Origin: Rhizodiscina lignyota
Lineage: Eukaryota
Direction of reading: 5' to 3'
Length of the DNA: 64,000 nt
Assembly: GCA_010015805.1 (NCBI GenBank)
Contig: ML978137.1
Span: 496,001-560,000, forward strand
Shown: one piece after another, positions 61,842-64,000 of the stretch
Position numbering within the stretch: position 1 is the first letter of the stretch
Layout: each line of letters begins with the position of its first letter
Made by a program: the position numbers and the translations under genes
The notes under the pieces: model-generated
The model's database searches: none
The model's input: only the letters and a program-made list of their open reading frames with translations
What the model was told of the DNA's origin: nothing

Positions 61842-62315
61842 TATCAAAGGTCTCTTTGGTCAAAGCTGCAAGGCTGTGTCCCAGGCTGCCGATATATACT
61901 TAAACTCCACGAGAGCCTTTCCATCACCAAGTCACGATATCATGTTCTTCAGAGTCCCATGCTTAATCTTCGCCCGAACCAGCCGCGAAGCTCACAACGT
62001 CGTTCGATCGTTCGCGAACTGCCTTACGTAGTATCAACAATCCTCACCACCAAGGCACAATCCCCAGCTCGATAAAGCCTGTGCATACTGAGGCCCCAGT
62101 ATTTGATTTCAACCTCCACGGACACATGATCAAGTGCATGGTCATGTAAGAGAACCATACTCGCTTTCTACTTCATTGATATTGTAATGTTGTCTCGTTC
62201 TTAGCGTATGTAATCATTTTCAGCATATGTAGCTCAGCAGTCAATAACCGCACTTCTTAATATCCACACTTTAACAGCAAATAAACTCTCTAGCTTCTAT
62301 TCCGATATAACTATG

Positions 62316-63201
62316 TCACATCACCCACGAAACCAGATTGTTTGAAGCAAAAAGCAGGCACAGACTCCAAACCAAAGGTTGTGAAGTTAGCGCGTTCGCC
62401 ATGCCCGTCTCCGTTGATGTTGAACCAGACGCCGTAGTCGTTACTGTGGTCGCCGCGGTAGAAGCAGTTCCAGCTGGCGTCTCCGTGGTCGAAGCAGTTT
62501 CAGCTGGTGTCTCCGTAGTCGAAGCAACTTCAGTTGACGTCTCCGTAGTTGCCGCAGCAGCTGACGTCGCACTCAAACCGCTATTAGTCTTCTGAGTACT
62601 AGCTGGCGGAGCTGCGCCGCCAGATTGGGCCTACGAAATAGGCAAATTGTGAGCTATGTGCGAAATCCCAAGTTGAGGATCAACACCTACCAGCGTAGCA
62701 AGGGCGCCAGCAGGCAGAGCAGCGCCGGACGTGGTGCAGGTTCCATACGATGCGCCGCCTGTAGGCTGGACACCGATGTGGCCGGGCATACAGCAAATAG
62801 GCTGTTCGGTGGTCGTGAACATTGACCAGGACACATCCGCGCAGCGGCTGTCCTGTGTTACGTTGTAGCCGCATGGTTGATCTGCGTGACTGAATGAGAG
62901 CCAGTATTACGGAACCGAACCTGGAGTTAAAGGACGTACCAGTTGGACAACAGACATTTGAGTCTGAGAAGTCTGTTAAATCGCAGTAAGAGTCCAATGG
63001 ACAGCAAGAGGCCCTGCCGCAATCACCGGTGCCCTGTGGGCAAGGCTGTTCGACGAGCGCCCAGCCTTGGGCGATGTTCTGACGCCTGACGAGATCAGAA
63101 GCTGAGCCAGCAATTGGCAGCTCGAAAGCTAAACTCCTGCATGCGAGCAAGCAGAGGACAACGACGAGCATGCCGTTGGGATCTTGTCGTGAAATTGTCA
63201 T
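62316..63201 (-). CDS. Cys-rich, S/T-rich GPI-anchored cell-surface protein
   Basis: Signal peptide (ATG 63201 or 63171), CCP/CCM cysteine module, Thr-rich repeats and a hydrophobic C-terminus. Introns are 62882-62939 and 62631-62690. Confidence 0.8.
62461..62550. repeat. Three tandem 30-bp coding repeats (TTETPAxTAS)
   Basis: Three GAAGCA...CTCCGT.GT. units start at 62461, 62491 and 62521. Confidence 0.85.
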
Positions 63202-64000
63202 GTTGCGGATGATCCCAAAGACAAATCTGGGAAGTTTGCAGTCGCGAACGATAGTTGGTCTTCTATATCGGCCGTCCTTCGAGTCTATAAGTGTGATATG
63301 GGAGGCATTCTGGCCCCATAGCTTTCCTACTCCGCAGATCTTGAAAGCGAATAGCTGTGCAGCGCCAAGGTGAGGCGTTTTGCAGCTAGCATTTAGGCCT
63401 GATAACAAGCGAGCCAAGCACTATTGCTTCTCCTATTAAGCTCAGAGACAAGAAATCGGCGCGTCTGGACATCAAGCTGAAATTGAGTTACGCCATTGGC
63501 GAATGTGTGTCGCAAGTGAACAGTGTCTTCTACGTAGAGAAATACGACTGACCGGAGAATATTATACGAAGTATAGTAGATGAAACTTTGCAATCCATAG
63601 GAGCATGAAGCCACCCAAACATGATCTTTTACGCAGGGGATGATCGAAATTCGAATGGACATCGATTAAATGTGATAGATCGCGCCGTCATGGCCTGCTG
63701 GACGGCGACAGGCTTGGCATAATAGGGCAAACGAAATATGGGAATTGGCATGAATTGCTATACTTCTAAAGGCTCAAGCCCAATGTATTTTGCTCGATTC
63801 AGCGCGTTCGGCCATCGAATGTAGGGCTGAACGCGGCCTGAGTCCTTGCAGCACGCAGTCAAGACGGCGTCTCTTGTTCTTTGCCCTCGGCCACGTCGTG
63901 CGGCCAATCGCGTGATGAACAGAGGAAGATTGGCAGTGAAATGCTACTTGTGCCCCTCATGGAGCGTGTTGTTCGAGCGGGATGGTGCATGAGCTGAAGT

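Noticed and set aside
1..64000. Transposons, CRISPR arrays, rRNA or a secondary-metabolite backbone gene
   Set aside because: I saw no transposase/RT motifs, terminal repeats, spacer arrays, rRNA, or PKS/NRPS/terpene synthase motifs.

Overview
This is a gene-dense window from a filamentous ascomycete (Pezizomycotina-type), judged by short GT-AG introns with CTRAC/CTRAT branch sites. It holds about 28 mostly intron-containing protein genes: housekeeping genes (ERD2-like, APRT, RidA, Y14, uS15m, GH72, CAX, NOT3/5, DTD1, IFRD, FIG1) interleaved with accessory genes (HET-domain, HeLo-like/ankyrin, AAA+, DUF7730-like, FAD monooxygenase, NmrA, GNAT). The standout is a tRNA-Leu(CAG) gene at 8002-8167 with two insertions. 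One is a normal tRNA intron at position 37/38. The other is a 52-nt insert in the T-loop with all the marks of a spliceosomal intron (GTAAGC...CTAAC...TTCAG), and its precise removal restores the T-arm and acceptor stem. Other points of interest are an alpha/beta-hydrolase fused to a metazoan-type cysteine RNA-triphosphatase-like domain, an otherwise intact SDR with one in-frame TAG just before the catalytic YxxxK, a hairpin-forming NOT3/5 intron, a GC-AG intron and alternative donor in DTD1, a membrane-tethered PIR domain, and a ubiquitin-like/CorA-like fusion. All calls come from reading the sequence by eye; no searches were run.
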